Source: Flavobacterium sp. (GTDB lineage Bacteria; Bacteroidota; Bacteroidia; Flavobacteriales; Flavobacteriaceae). Taken from it: DNA of 47,369 nucleotides. Under the pieces are notes generated by a model. The model worked only from the letters and a program-made list of their open reading frames with translations, was not told the origin of the DNA and searched no databases. Positions 29,079-39,469 of the stretch are shown here, piece by piece. Each line of letters starts with the position of its first letter. The stretch's first letter is position 1. The stretch spans positions 1-47,369 of the forward strand of contig NZ_JAQTPQ010000001.1 in assembly GCF_028712645.1 (NCBI RefSeq). The letters run 5' to 3'. Both the position numbers and the translations under genes were made by a program.

Positions 29079-31079
29079 CTATATTTTTTTTAATCGAATG
29101 GCTGTTCCTCCTGCTCCACCTAAATGCAATTTCAATACATCCGAAGCTTTTACTGTTTTTTTAGAAATCGCAACTGATTCTGGATTATGAGTTTCATCTG
29201 TTCCTTCGGCATCGGCATAAACCTGTGCTTCATAAGTAGCTTTAGCATCCAAAAAAGATAATGATATAGTTAAATCTCTAGCTTTCTCATTAGTAATACT
29301 TCCCAAATACCAATCGTCACTATTTTCATCTTTACGAACTGTGGTAATGTATTCCCCTATTTCTCCATTCAATACTTTTGTGGTTTCCCAATCGGTTGGA
29401 ACATCTTTCAAAAATTGAAAAGCAGGTACTCCTTCGTAATTTTCAGGAAGGTCGGCCAACATTTGAATTGGTGAATAAAATACTACATAAAGAGCCAATT
29501 GTTGAGCCGTAGTTCCGTGGATTCTTTTCCCTGGATAACCTTTTTTGATTTCGACATCTAAAACTCCGGGTGTATAATCCATCGGCCCAGACAACATTCT
29601 GGTAAAAGGCAAAATAGTCACGTGATTGGGCGGATTTCCTTCGCTCCATGCGTTGTATTCTTGTCCACGAGCGGCTTCTCTAGCCAGCATATTAGGATAT
29701 GTTCTGCGTTCTCCAGTATCTTTTATTGGTTCGTGATAAAACACAGCCAAATCATATTCGGCAGCTTTTTTCAAAACATACCTGAAATAATTTACTCCAA
29801 ATTGTCCGTGATGCCATTCTTTCATATTCAATTTGCCCCCCACATGACCAATTTTTATGGTGTGAATACCCAGACGTTTGTACATAGCAAAACCCTCATC
29901 GATTTCTTTAAGATAATTAATTAAATTAGAGCCCGTTTCGTGGTATCCAATAAGTTCTACTCCTTTTTGTTTTCCATATTCCACCACTTTGTCAATGTCA
30001 AAATTATCAGCACATTTAGTAAAACTGAACATATGCATCTTATTTTCATACCAAGCTGGAGTCCAACCTTTGTTCCAACCCTCAATCAATATGTGATGAA
30101 ATCCTTCTTTGGAAGTAAAATCAATGTATTCTAGCGCATTTTTGGTAGTAGCCCCTTGTTTTTCACTTTCCCAAAAAGTATATTTTCCGATGTGCATTCC
30201 CCACCAAATTCCTAAGTATTTGTAGGGTTTAAAATAATCTACATTCCCTAATTTATTAGGTTCGTTTAGATTTAAAATCAAATACGAATCAATCAAATCA
30301 CCTGCATTTTCACCGATTTGAATGGTTCTCCAAGAAGAAGTGAAACTGTCTTTTACTCTCACTTTTACACCATCTGACCAAGGAACTAAATCAGTTTTTA
30401 ATTGAGTTCCCGAAGTGTTTACCAAGGTCATACTCGCAAAATCGACAAGATTTGCTTCATGAAAACTCAATTTCCAACCATTCTTGCTTTCTATTGTCAA
30501 GGGTGTATGTACCGTATCTAAAGTGCTTACTGGAGTTTCTTTATAAAGATATTCGTAACGATTTTCTCTGTAAGCAGAAATCCACCAAGCCTTACCATCC
30601 TCCTTTAAATTAAAAGTGGTTTTTTCATCCATAATGAAAATACTATCTTTTGTGGCTTGTTTTGGATAAACATAACGAAAGGCAACCCCATCATCAAAAG
30701 CACGAAACTGTATTTCGAGTTGGCGTTTTTGTTTGTCTTTTTGTTGCAATTTCACCACCATTTGATTGTAGTGGTTACGAATTTTATGTTTTTCTCCCCA
30801 AACTTGTTCCCAAGTCTCATCGAAAGAAGAATTTTCTACTTTTACAACTTCAAAATTGGTACTTAGATTTTTATCTTTTAATAAAAATCCCATATCCGAA
30901 AGTGACAATACCTGAGTTTTACCGTGAGAAACGGAATATTTAGGTTCGCTTTTAAACAATTCGAACTTAATTTTATTTTTACCGCTAGGCGAAATTACTT
31001 CATACCCATCTTTTTTGCTTTGGCTAAATACAGAGATTACAGTAAAAAGTAAAATAGGTATTATTATTTTTTTTATCAT
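29079..31079 (-). CDS. GH97 glycoside hydrolase, inverting (SusB-like) subgroup
   Basis: GVAFRY, LNLNEP, GIWWGMH, YHET, HEP, REAARGQE, GPMDYTPG, YSPIQMLAD. Confidence 0.92.
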   Translation of the reverse strand: MIKKIIIPILLFTVISVFSQSKKDGYEVISPSGKNKIKFELFKSEPKYSVSHGKTQVLSLSDMGFLLKDKNLSTNFEVVKVENSSFDETWEQVWGEKHKIRNHYNQMVVKLQQKDKQKRQLEIQFRAFDDGVAFRYVYPKQATKDSIFIMDEKTTFNLKEDGKAWWISAYRENRYEYLYKETPVSTLDTVHTPLTIESKNGWKLSFHEANLVDFASMTLVNTSGTQLKTDLVPWSDGVKVRVKDSFTSSWRTIQIGENAGDLIDSYLILNLNEPNKLGNVDYFKPYKYLGIWWGMHIGKYTFWESEKQGATTKNALEYIDFTSKEGFHHILIEGWNKGWTPAWYENKMHMFSFTKCADNFDIDKVVEYGKQKGVELIGYHETGSNLINYLKEIDEGFAMYKRLGIHTIKIGHVGGKLNMKEWHHGQFGVNYFRYVLKKAAEYDLAVFYHEPIKDTGERRTYPNMLAREAARGQEYNAWSEGNPPNHVTILPFTRMLSGPMDYTPGVLDVEIKKGYPGKRIHGTTAQQLALYVVFYSPIQMLADLPENYEGVPAFQFLKDVPTDWETTKVLNGEIGEYITTVRKDENSDDWYLGSITNEKARDLTISLSFLDAKATYEAQVYADAEGTDETHNPESVAISKKTVKASDVLKLHLGGAGGTAIRLKKI

Positions 31080-31098
31080 TTTTATTTTTTAATAATTA

Positions 31099-31219
31099 AT
31101 GCGAATCAAGGGTTGAATCTATAACTTTCTAGTTTTCAAAAGAGACCTAACAGGTTTTTAAAACCTGTTAGGTCTAATCAGAAGAATACTAGCATTTTAT
31201 TTTAACCCTTGATTCACAT
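31099..31219. mobile_element. MITE-like non-autonomous element: 19-bp terminal inverted repeats around a perfect palindrome
   Basis: Left ATGCGAATCAAGGGTTGAA and right TTTAACCCTTGATTCACAT (17/19 inverted match). Internal AGACCTAACAGGTTTT-T-AAAACCTGTTAGGTCT (31143-31175). AATTA flanks both ends. Confidence 0.7.
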
Positions 31220-31234
31220 AATTAATTTAAATAA

Positions 31235-31263
31235 ACTAGGGAGACTATTAAAACTCCCCAGTC
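31235..31263 (-). terminator. Hairpin or terminator after the decayed gene upstream of GH97
   Basis: Minus strand ACTGGGGAG...CTCCCTAGT (one G-U pair) followed by TTATTT. Confidence 0.55.
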
Positions 31264-31281
31264 TAAAAACTAACCAATTAT

Positions 31282-31635
31282 TTATTTTATCCATTCTGTT
31301 TTGAACGACATCTTTTGATTTAATGGTTTTCATTTATGCTGAAATCATTTCCTTTTTGAAAAGCGAAATAGTTTTTTACTCGCCTTCAAGAAGAAAAACT
31401 TTTGCTATTGCAACACCTGTTCCTTGTACTGCAAATACTTTGAGCTTCAATTTACTCCAATCCATCTCTTTTAAGGCGTTCAGGCAATTTTTAAAATCTT
31501 TGCTAATATTAAATTGGCTCATTAAGAACATTTGTATTTGAGATGTTACTTTTTGTATCATAAAAAAAACAAAGCATTGATTCAGAAAAATAAACTTTAC
31601 TTGAAAACTACCCTAATTTAATCCAAACTGTTCAA
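31282..31635 (-). pseudogene. Internally deleted, frameshifted pseudogene, probably a second (YicI-like) GH31 alpha-xylosidase
   Basis: A decayed signal peptide and QIQ/VLNEPI/NISKDFKNCLNA are joined directly to KEMDWSKLKLKVFA...GE*KTISLFK/GNDFSINE/PLNQKMSFKTEWIK*. Family assignment is from recall of Bacteroidota alpha-xylosidase termini. Confidence 0.6.
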
Positions 31636-32130
31636 TGTGTTTTTTTTAAGGCACTTAGAAACCAAAACTTCTTGTTAAAATGACTATTTAATGCTTTATT
31701 AATAAATTAACTATGGTAAATATTTAAAAAACACTTTTTTTTTATATAAATATTAAATATTACAAAATACTACAACAACAAATGTCCTTAAAACTCTATT
31801 ATTTGATGGTACTCTTTTGTGTCTAAAAAGTACCTCATTTGTCTCAATTATCATATTTAAATGTTGTATCAACTAAATCACTTATTTACTATCCAAAAGG
31901 TTTAAGTTGAATTGGTATAGAAAAAAGTCCTGAGAATCATAGTAAGCAAAAGGATTCTGACTAAAACAAAATCTAAGTGAAATTACCTTTAAATTCTACT
32001 AGCCTATTTCTAATTTTTTTTTTTAAAATACTCATTGGATGTAATTATCGCAACCGTCAGTTCGAGTGTTTTTTGTAATAAATCTGCATTTATTTTATAA
32101 TCTAATTTCGCCTTTAATTTTTTTACCACT

Positions 32131-32168
32131 AAAAAAATGAGGTAGGAATAAAATATCCCTACCGCATT
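32131..32168 (-). terminator. Intrinsic terminator of the xylose/PPP operon
   Basis: Minus strand AATGcGGTAGGGAT-atttt-ATTCCTACCtCATT followed by a T run. Confidence 0.7.
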
Positions 32169-32222
32169 CTAGCTAAAGAAAAATGATTTCCACTAGATTT
32201 TTATTCCCTTAAAAAAGGTACT

Positions 32223-33179
32223 TTACTTTTTTCTCGAAAGTGCTTTTTTTGTTACTTTGACAATTGTCTCGGCATTCAAACCATATTTCTCCATTAATTG
32301 TTCTGGAGTTCCGCTTTCGCCAAAACTGTCTTGAACAGCTACAAATTCCTGTGGTAATGGATTATTTCGAACCAAAACACCCGAAACACTTTCTCCTAAT
32401 CCCCCTAAATAATTATGTTCTTCGGCAGTAACTACACACCCTGTTTTAGCAACTGATTTTAAAATAGCTTCCTCATCTAAGGGTTTTATAGTATGAATGT
32501 TGATTACTTCTGCAGAAATCCCTTCAGCTTCTAACACTTCTGCAGCCAATAAAGCTTCCCAAACTAAGTGACCTGTAGCAATAATTGTAACATCAGTTCC
32601 TTCATTAAGCACAATCGCTTTCCCAATTACGAAAGGTTCATCAGAGGGCATAAAATTAGGCACAACTGGTCGTCCAAAACGTAAATAAACAGGCCCATGA
32701 TAATCTGCAATAGCTAGAGTTGCTGCTTTGGTTTGGTTGTGATCACAAGTGTTGATTACAGTCATTCCAGGTAACATTTTCATTAATCCAATGTCTTCAA
32801 GAATTTGGTGTGTTGCTCCATCTTCACCTAGTGTTAATCCCGCATGAGAAGCACAAATTTTTACATTTTTTTCAGAATAAGCTACTGATTGACGAATTTG
32901 ATCGTACACTCTGCCAGTAGAAAAATTAGCAAAAGTTCCTGTAAAAGGAATTTTACCTCCAATAGTCAATCCTGCAGCAATTCCAATCATATTTGCCTCG
33001 GCAATTCCGATTTGAAAAAAACGTTCTGGATGATTTTTTTTAAAATCATCAAACTTTAAAGAACCAATTAAATCAGCACATAAAGCCACTACTTTTTCAT
33101 TTTTTTTACCTAATTCGGTCATACCAACTCCAAAACCAGAGCGAGTATCTTTACTTCCTGTATTTGTATATTTTTTCAT
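32223..33179 (-). CDS. Transketolase, C-terminal subunit
   Basis: GIAEANM, GEDGATHQ, PVYLRFGR, TIKPLD, TAEEH. Confidence 0.95.
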   Translation of the reverse strand: MKKYTNTGSKDTRSGFGVGMTELGKKNEKVVALCADLIGSLKFDDFKKNHPERFFQIGIAEANMIGIAAGLTIGGKIPFTGTFANFSTGRVYDQIRQSVAYSEKNVKICASHAGLTLGEDGATHQILEDIGLMKMLPGMTVINTCDHNQTKAATLAIADYHGPVYLRFGRPVVPNFMPSDEPFVIGKAIVLNEGTDVTIIATGHLVWEALLAAEVLEAEGISAEVINIHTIKPLDEEAILKSVAKTGCVVTAEEHNYLGGLGESVSGVLVRNNPLPQEFVAVQDSFGESGTPEQLMEKYGLNAETIVKVTKKALSRKK

Positions 33180-33188
33180 GTCCTTAAT

Positions 33189-34031
33189 TTAATAATCTCC
33201 CAAAGTTTCTGGGTTTTGAGCTAAACCATTTGCTAATTGTTCGTCATTAGGAGCTTTACCGTGCCAAGCGTGAGTATGCATCATAAAATCAACTCCATTT
33301 CCCATAATGGTCTCTAAAAGAATACATACCGGTTTTCCTTTTCCAGTTCTGGATTTTGCTTCTTTCATTCCGGCAATTATTGCTTCAAGGTCATTTCCTG
33401 CTGCAATTTCGAGAACATCCCAATCAAAAGCTTCAAATTTAGCTTTTAAACTTCCCATATTTAGAACCTCATTCGTTGAACCATCAATTTGTTGTCCGTT
33501 ATAGTCAATAGTAGCAATTAGATTATCTACTTTTTTTGCGGAAGCATACATAATGGCTTCCCAATTTTGTCCTTCTTGCAATTCACCATCTCCATGAAGT
33601 GTATAAACAATATTGTTATCGCCGTTCAATTTTTTGGCTTGACAGGCACCAATTGCCACAGATAATCCTTGACCAAGCGAGCCCGAAGCAATACGCACAC
33701 CAGGTAATCCGTCATGCGTTGTTGGGTGACCTTGTAAGCGTGAATTTAATAATCTGAAAGTATTTAGCTCTTCAACAGGAAAATAACCTCTTCGTGCTAA
33801 AACGCTATAAAAAACAGGAGAAATATGACCGTTAGACAAGAAGAACAAATCTTCCTCTTTTCCATCCATATCAAACCCTTTTTTCAAATCCATAACTTCA
33901 TTGTAAAGAGCTACTAAAAACTCTGTACATCCCAACGATCCTCCTGGATGTCCTGAATTCACTTTATGCACCATCCTTAAAATATCCCTTCTAGTTTGAG
34001 AGACGATAGCTTGTAATTTACTAATTTCCAT
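33189..34031 (-). CDS. Transketolase, N-terminal (TPP-binding) subunit
   Basis: SGHPGGSLG, LSNGH, LQGHP, GSLGQG, GDGELQEG. Confidence 0.95.
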   Translation of the reverse strand: MEISKLQAIVSQTRRDILRMVHKVNSGHPGGSLGCTEFLVALYNEVMDLKKGFDMDGKEEDLFFLSNGHISPVFYSVLARRGYFPVEELNTFRLLNSRLQGHPTTHDGLPGVRIASGSLGQGLSVAIGACQAKKLNGDNNIVYTLHGDGELQEGQNWEAIMYASAKKVDNLIATIDYNGQQIDGSTNEVLNMGSLKAKFEAFDWDVLEIAAGNDLEAIIAGMKEAKSRTGKGKPVCILLETIMGNGVDFMMHTHAWHGKAPNDEQLANGLAQNPETLGDY

Positions 34032-34032
34032 C

Positions 34033-34686
34033 TTAATTTCCTTTTTGATAATCGGCTAAAAATTGTGCTAATCCGCTATCGGTCAATGGGTGTTTCAATA
34101 ATCCTGTGATAGAAGATAAAGGCCCAGTCATTACATCCGATCCTACTTTGGCACAATTAATTACATGCATTGTATTGCGAACCGAAGCTGATAAAATTTG
34201 AGTTTGAAAATCGTAATTATCATACACCTGTCTGATTTCGGCAATTAATCCTAAACCATCCGTACAAATATCATCCAATCTTCCCAAAAATGGAGAAACA
34301 TAAGTAGCTCCAGCTTTGGCAGCCAATAAGGCTTGTCCCACAGAGAAAACTAATGTTACATTGGTCTTGATTCCTTTATCCGAAAAATATTTACAGGCTT
34401 TGATACCCGCAGCAATCATGGGTAATTTTACAACAATTTGTGGGTGTAATGCTGCCAATTCTTCTCCTTCACGAACCATTCCTTCAAAATCAGTTGCGAT
34501 TACTTCGGCAGAAACATCGCCATCCACAATATTACATATTGCTAAATAATGTTTTAAAATATTGTCTTTTCCTGTAATTCCTTCTTTGGCCATTAAGGAT
34601 GGATTTGTTGTTACTCCATCTAAAACTCCTAATGCTTGTGCTTCTGCAATTTCACTTAATTTTGCTGTGTCAATAAAAAATTTCAT
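34033..34686 (-). CDS. tal: Transaldolase (small FSA-like subfamily)
   Basis: [17 protein letters not shown] (Glu), Schiff-base [20 protein letters not shown] (Phe). Confidence 0.88.
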   Translation of the reverse strand: MKFFIDTAKLSEIAEAQALGVLDGVTTNPSLMAKEGITGKDNILKHYLAICNIVDGDVSAEVIATDFEGMVREGEELAALHPQIVVKLPMIAAGIKACKYFSDKGIKTNVTLVFSVGQALLAAKAGATYVSPFLGRLDDICTDGLGLIAEIRQVYDNYDFQTQILSASVRNTMHVINCAKVGSDVMTGPLSSITGLLKHPLTDSGLAQFLADYQKGN

Positions 34687-34704
34687 TTTGTTTTTTTTTA
34701 AATA

Positions 34705-34745
34705 AAAACAACACAGTTAATAGATCTATTTAACTGTGTTGTTTT
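34705..34745. other. Long intercistronic hairpin between xylE and tal
   Basis: AAAACAACACAGTTAA-tagatctat-TTAACTGTGTTGTTTT, perfect 16-bp stem. Confidence 0.8.
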
Positions 34746-34779
34746 GTGTTGTTTATAAATTATTCATTCTATTGGGATA

Positions 34780-36198
34780 TTAATTTTTCTCCCAAATTTC
34801 TTCCATTTCTTCCAAAGTTTTTCCTTTTGTTTCTGGAACATATTTCCATACTAACCACATTGCTAATACACTCATTACTCCGTAAATCCAATATGCAAAA
34901 CCATGGTTAAATTTTTCTAAAAGATAAGTGTTTTTATCCATCATTGGAAAAGTCCATGATACCAAATAATTAGAAATCCATTGTGCTGCAACTGCAACTG
35001 CTAAAGCTCTTCCACGAATTTTATTTGGAAAAATCTCTGACAATAACACCCAGCAAACTGGCCCCCAACTCATTGCAAAACTGGCAACGTAAATTAACAT
35101 AAATACCAATGCTCCCATTCCAACGGATTGCATAAAGAATGTAGTACCTAAAGCAAACATAGAAATCGCCATTCCTAAAGCACCAATAATCATCAAAGGT
35201 TTTCTACCAAATTTATCAACTGTCATAATTGCTAAAACGGTAAACAATAAATTAACTGCTCCAACAATAATAGTTTGCAATAAAGCGGTATCCGTTCCTG
35301 AACCCATACTTTTGAAAATCTCAGGGGCATAATACAACACTACATTTATACCTACAAATTGTTGAAAAACAGACAATAATACTCCTACTACAATTACGGT
35401 CATACCAAAAGAAAATAATTTCCCGGAATGGCTTACTACTGTATTTTGAATGTCAGCCAATATTTTCTTTCCTTCATCAATACCATTCACTTTAATTAAA
35501 ACTGCCAATGCTTTTTCAGGTTGTGATTTCAACACCAAAGATCTCGGGGTGTCTGGAACAAAAAATAGCATAACCAAAAATAGACTTGCCGGAATTACTT
35601 CCGAACCAAACATCCATCTCCAACCCACTACATTTAGCCAAGTATCATCACCTTGTTTTGAAATGTAATAGTTTACAAAATAAACTACCAACATACCAAA
35701 AATAATAGCAAACTGATTCATAGAAACTAGTTTACCTCTACTATGTGCAGGGGCAATTTCTGCAATATACAAGGGCGATAGCATAGATGCTAATCCAACA
35801 CCTATTCCACCAATAATTCTATATACAATAAACAAATACATAAAAGTATGATCTGCTTCACCTATTGGTTTTACAAACATTTCTGGCATTGCAGAACCTA
35901 AAGCTGATATTAAAAACAGAATAGCCGCTAAAATTAAACCGTTTCTACGACCTAATTTTTTACTGATAATTCCACCTGAAATCCCACCAATAATACAGCC
36001 AATTAAGGCACTTGAAACAACAAATCCCAATCGGGCATTTGCTCCCATTTCATCCAAACCAAAAGGTAGCACGAAAAAACTTTCTAAAGAACTCACAGTT
36101 CCTGAAATTACTGCAGTATCATATCCAAAGAGTAGTCCTCCAAATGTTGCTACTAAGGTAAGTTTAAATAAATAACTAGAATTTGTTGCTGTTGCCAT
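34780..36198 (-). CDS. xylE: D-xylose:H+ symporter (MFS sugar porter)
   Basis: GGLLFGYDTAVISG, YIAEIAP, QQFVGINVVLYYAP, SWGPVCWVLLSEIFP, PETKGKTLEE; adjacent to xylA. Confidence 0.92.
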   Translation of the reverse strand: MATATNSSYLFKLTLVATFGGLLFGYDTAVISGTVSSLESFFVLPFGLDEMGANARLGFVVSSALIGCIIGGISGGIISKKLGRRNGLILAAILFLISALGSAMPEMFVKPIGEADHTFMYLFIVYRIIGGIGVGLASMLSPLYIAEIAPAHSRGKLVSMNQFAIIFGMLVVYFVNYYISKQGDDTWLNVVGWRWMFGSEVIPASLFLVMLFFVPDTPRSLVLKSQPEKALAVLIKVNGIDEGKKILADIQNTVVSHSGKLFSFGMTVIVVGVLLSVFQQFVGINVVLYYAPEIFKSMGSGTDTALLQTIIVGAVNLLFTVLAIMTVDKFGRKPLMIIGALGMAISMFALGTTFFMQSVGMGALVFMLIYVASFAMSWGPVCWVLLSEIFPNKIRGRALAVAVAAQWISNYLVSWTFPMMDKNTYLLEKFNHGFAYWIYGVMSVLAMWLVWKYVPETKGKTLEEMEEIWEKN

Positions 36199-36211
36199 AT
36201 TCTTTTATAGA

Positions 36212-37537
36212 TTAAATATATTGGTTAATAATATTTTCGAATAACTCTTGTTTTCCGCTTTTTAATGAAAGTTCTCCATTTTCTTGAGCAATTTTGTACA
36301 ATGCTTTTAAATCTAATTTTCCTTCTTCAAAAGCTTTTCCGTTTCCAGAATCAAATGAGCTGTAACGTTGTTTTCTCAATGCTTCATAAGGCGAAGAAGT
36401 GATGATTTTATCTGCAGTAAGTAATGCTCTGGCAAAAGTATCAGCACCACCAATATGTGCTTGGAAAACATCCTCCATATCCGTAGAGTTTCTTCTGATT
36501 TTGGCGTCAAAATTAATTCCACCACCTTGCAATCCTCCTGCTTTCAAGAATACTAACATCGCTTCGGTAGTTTCTTGAATATTGTTTGGAAATTGATCCG
36601 TATCCCATCCGTTTTGGTAATCCCCTCGATTGGCATCTAAACTACCTAACATTCCAGCTTGAGCAGCCACATCTATTTCGTGTTGGAAAGTATGTTGTGC
36701 CAATGTTGCATGGTTGACTTCAATATTCATTTTGAAATCTTTTTCTAAACCTTGAGCACGTAAAAATCCAATTGCTGTAGCGCAATCAAAATCATATTGG
36801 TGTTTCATTGGTTCCATTGGTTTTGGTTCAATAAAAAAGCTTCCTTTGAAACCTTGTGCACGAGCATAATCACGAGCCATTCTTAAAAATTGTCCCATAT
36901 GGTCTAATTCTTTTCCCATATTAGTATTTAATAAAGACATATACCCTTCACGTCCTCCCCAAAACACATAATTTTCTCCACCTAATGCAATAGTAGCATC
37001 CAAAGCTAATTTCACTTGTCCTCCAGCTCTTGCTACTACATTAAAATCTGGATTGGTTGCAGCACCATTCATATAACGAGGGTTCGAAAAAGCATTAGCT
37101 GTTCCCCAAAGCAATTTCACTCCAGAGGCTGCTTGTTTTTCTTTTAAATAATCAGTAATTGTAGCCAATCTGCTTTCTGATTCAGCAAAAGTAGCACCTT
37201 CTCTAACTAAGTCATAATCGTGAAAACAGTAATAACCAAAACCCATTTTTGTAATAAATTCAAATGCTGCATCTGCTTTTTCTTTTGCAGCTTCGATTGC
37301 ATCTGCTGGTTTATCCCAAGCAAATTGTTGTGTTCCTGGACCGAATGGATCTGATCCTTGACCACAGAAAGTATGCCAGTAAGCTATAGCAAATTTAAAA
37401 TGCTCACGCATTGTTTTTCCAGCTACGATTTGATCTGGATTGTAATATTTAAAAGCTAGAGGATTATCCGATTCTTTGCCTTCAAATTGAATTTGACCAA
37501 TTCCTTTGTAATACTCTTTGTTCCCTAAAACTATCAT
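36212..37537 (-). CDS. xylA: Xylose isomerase (class II)
   Basis: [50 protein letters not shown]. Confidence 0.98.
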   Translation of the reverse strand: MIVLGNKEYYKGIGQIQFEGKESDNPLAFKYYNPDQIVAGKTMREHFKFAIAYWHTFCGQGSDPFGPGTQQFAWDKPADAIEAAKEKADAAFEFITKMGFGYYCFHDYDLVREGATFAESESRLATITDYLKEKQAASGVKLLWGTANAFSNPRYMNGAATNPDFNVVARAGGQVKLALDATIALGGENYVFWGGREGYMSLLNTNMGKELDHMGQFLRMARDYARAQGFKGSFFIEPKPMEPMKHQYDFDCATAIGFLRAQGLEKDFKMNIEVNHATLAQHTFQHEIDVAAQAGMLGSLDANRGDYQNGWDTDQFPNNIQETTEAMLVFLKAGGLQGGGINFDAKIRRNSTDMEDVFQAHIGGADTFARALLTADKIITSSPYEALRKQRYSSFDSGNGKAFEEGKLDLKALYKIAQENGELSLKSGKQELFENIINQYI

Positions 37538-37544
37538 TTTTTTA

Positions 37545-39029
37545 TTATTTATTTGTTACTATTATTTCTAATTCTTTTTTCCAATTTTTATAAGCTTCTA
37601 CGTATGGTTCGATGTTTTTCAATGGCATATAGGTCATGACATGATCATTTTTAATAATGTTCTCACCAAATTTCTCGTAATCACCATCTAAAAGTCCAAC
37701 AGCTCTTGCAGCACCAACAGAACCTGTAGTGTTGTAAATTTCTATTTCGTGCCCAATTAAAGTTGCTACCGTATTTGCGAAAATTTCTGAACGGAACAAG
37801 TTGTCATTTCCAGCACGAATCACTTTTATTTCGGCATTGTCATTTTTTAAAATCTCCATTCCATAAACAAATGAGAAAGCAATTCCTTCTAATGCTGCTC
37901 TATATAAATGTCCATGACTATGTTTGTTGAAATTAAGATTCAAAATATGACTGCCCACATTTATATTATTCAACATACGTTCAGCTCCATTTCCAAAAGG
38001 GATAACCACTACTCCATCTGATCCTACCGGAACTTTCGAAGCTTTCCTGTTCATATTTTCATACGAATCTACCACGCTATGATTGCGCAACCATCTGTAC
38101 TGAATTCCAGCCCCGTTGATACATAATAATTTTCCAACTGTAGGATGTTCATTGGTGTAATTAACATGTACAAAACTATTTATTCTCGAAGTTTCTTTTG
38201 ATTTCAATTGATCGGTAACGGCATAAATCACTCCCGAAGTTCCTCCAGTGGCAGCAACTTCACCTGGTTTCAAAATGTTTAATGACAATGCATTGTTCGG
38301 TTGATCGCCTGCTCTATAAACAACTGGAATACCCGCAGGAAGTCCTGTTTCCCTAGCACCTTTTTCGTTTAAAAGACCTTGATTGGTAAAGTTTTCTACA
38401 ATATTTGGAGTCAATGAATGATCGATTCCAAAATAATCTAATAACCAATTGGCTACTTTATTTTCCTTATAATCCCAAAGCATACCTTCAGACAAACCAT
38501 TTTTTGTAGTTGCCATTTCTCCAGTAAGTTTATAGGCAATATAATCGCCAGGTAACATGTATTTGTAAATTTTCGAATAAATTTCAGGCTCATTTTCTTT
38601 TACCCATTTTAATTTGGATGCTGTAAAATTACCTGGTGAATTCAATAAATGAGTGGCACATTTTTCGGTTCCAATTTCTTGAAATGCCTTTTCGCCAATT
38701 TCAATTGCTCGGCTATCACACCAAATAATGGAGTTGCGCAAAGATTTTCCGTCTTTATCAACGACAACCAATCCGTGCATTTGATATGAAATACCAACAC
38801 CTGTTATTTTTGACGCATCAATATTTGCCTCTTTAATTGCTCTTTTTGTAGCTGTGCAAATATATTCCCACCACAAATCAGGATCTTGTTCTGCCCAATC
38901 TTTATGAAATGCAATAATTGCCATTTCATCAACAGGTTCATGCAACGCAATAATTTTTTCACCTGTAGTTGCATCAACCAAAGCAACTTTGACTGAAGAA
39001 CTTCCAATATCAAATCCTATATAGTACAT
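37545..39029 (-). CDS. xylB: Xylulokinase (FGGY family)
   Basis: [31 protein letters not shown]. Start moved to MYYIGFD. Confidence 0.92.
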   Translation of the reverse strand: MYYIGFDIGSSSVKVALVDATTGEKIIALHEPVDEMAIIAFHKDWAEQDPDLWWEYICTATKRAIKEANIDASKITGVGISYQMHGLVVVDKDGKSLRNSIIWCDSRAIEIGEKAFQEIGTEKCATHLLNSPGNFTASKLKWVKENEPEIYSKIYKYMLPGDYIAYKLTGEMATTKNGLSEGMLWDYKENKVANWLLDYFGIDHSLTPNIVENFTNQGLLNEKGARETGLPAGIPVVYRAGDQPNNALSLNILKPGEVAATGGTSGVIYAVTDQLKSKETSRINSFVHVNYTNEHPTVGKLLCINGAGIQYRWLRNHSVVDSYENMNRKASKVPVGSDGVVVIPFGNGAERMLNNINVGSHILNLNFNKHSHGHLYRAALEGIAFSFVYGMEILKNDNAEIKVIRAGNDNLFRSEIFANTVATLIGHEIEIYNTTGSVGAARAVGLLDGDYEKFGENIIKNDHVMTYMPLKNIEPYVEAYKNWKKELEIIVTNK

Positions 39030-39268
39030 TCTTGTTTTTTTAGTTATTCTTGAAAATTTTACGTTAAAAATACAGTATTCACTATTATTTATTAAAATAA
39101 ATATCATATTATTCTTTTTCAGATTTAGAAAAGGAATCCATAAAAAAAACTTTCATAAAGAAACAAGTTCAATAAAATCAAGGGATTAAGAGAATTTTAA
39201 ATCAAAATTACAAGAATTATGAATTTACTTAAAGGTTTAAGTTGCTTATAAAAATCAGAAGTAAACAC

Positions 39269-39276
39269 TACATTTG
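39269..39276 (+). promoter_or_regulatory. Candidate -7 element for the LacI gene
   Basis: TACATTTG matches TAnnTTTG, about 195 nt upstream of the LacI start. Confidence 0.35.
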
Positions 39277-39469
39277 CAAAGCATAATAAATGTGTAAGTT
39301 TTATTGAAAAATAATAACACAATAACTCATCAATTCAAATTGTAAAATTATAAATCTCATATTGTTTGATTCTACATCTATCGTTTTACTCAATTAATAA
39401 AAGCTAAAACAAATATGAATCGAATTTTAATTTAAGTTAGCCAAAAAATTTAATCCTTATTGAATCCAA

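Noticed and set aside
32223..34031. Transketolase in two ORFs as a frameshifted pseudogene
   Set aside because: Both halves have proper starts and intact motifs. Two-subunit transketolase is normal in Bacteroidota.
39050..39070. TTTTACGTTAAAA as the LacI operator for xylB
   Set aside because: Imperfect, AT-only arms with no convincing second copy, so it cannot be told from background.
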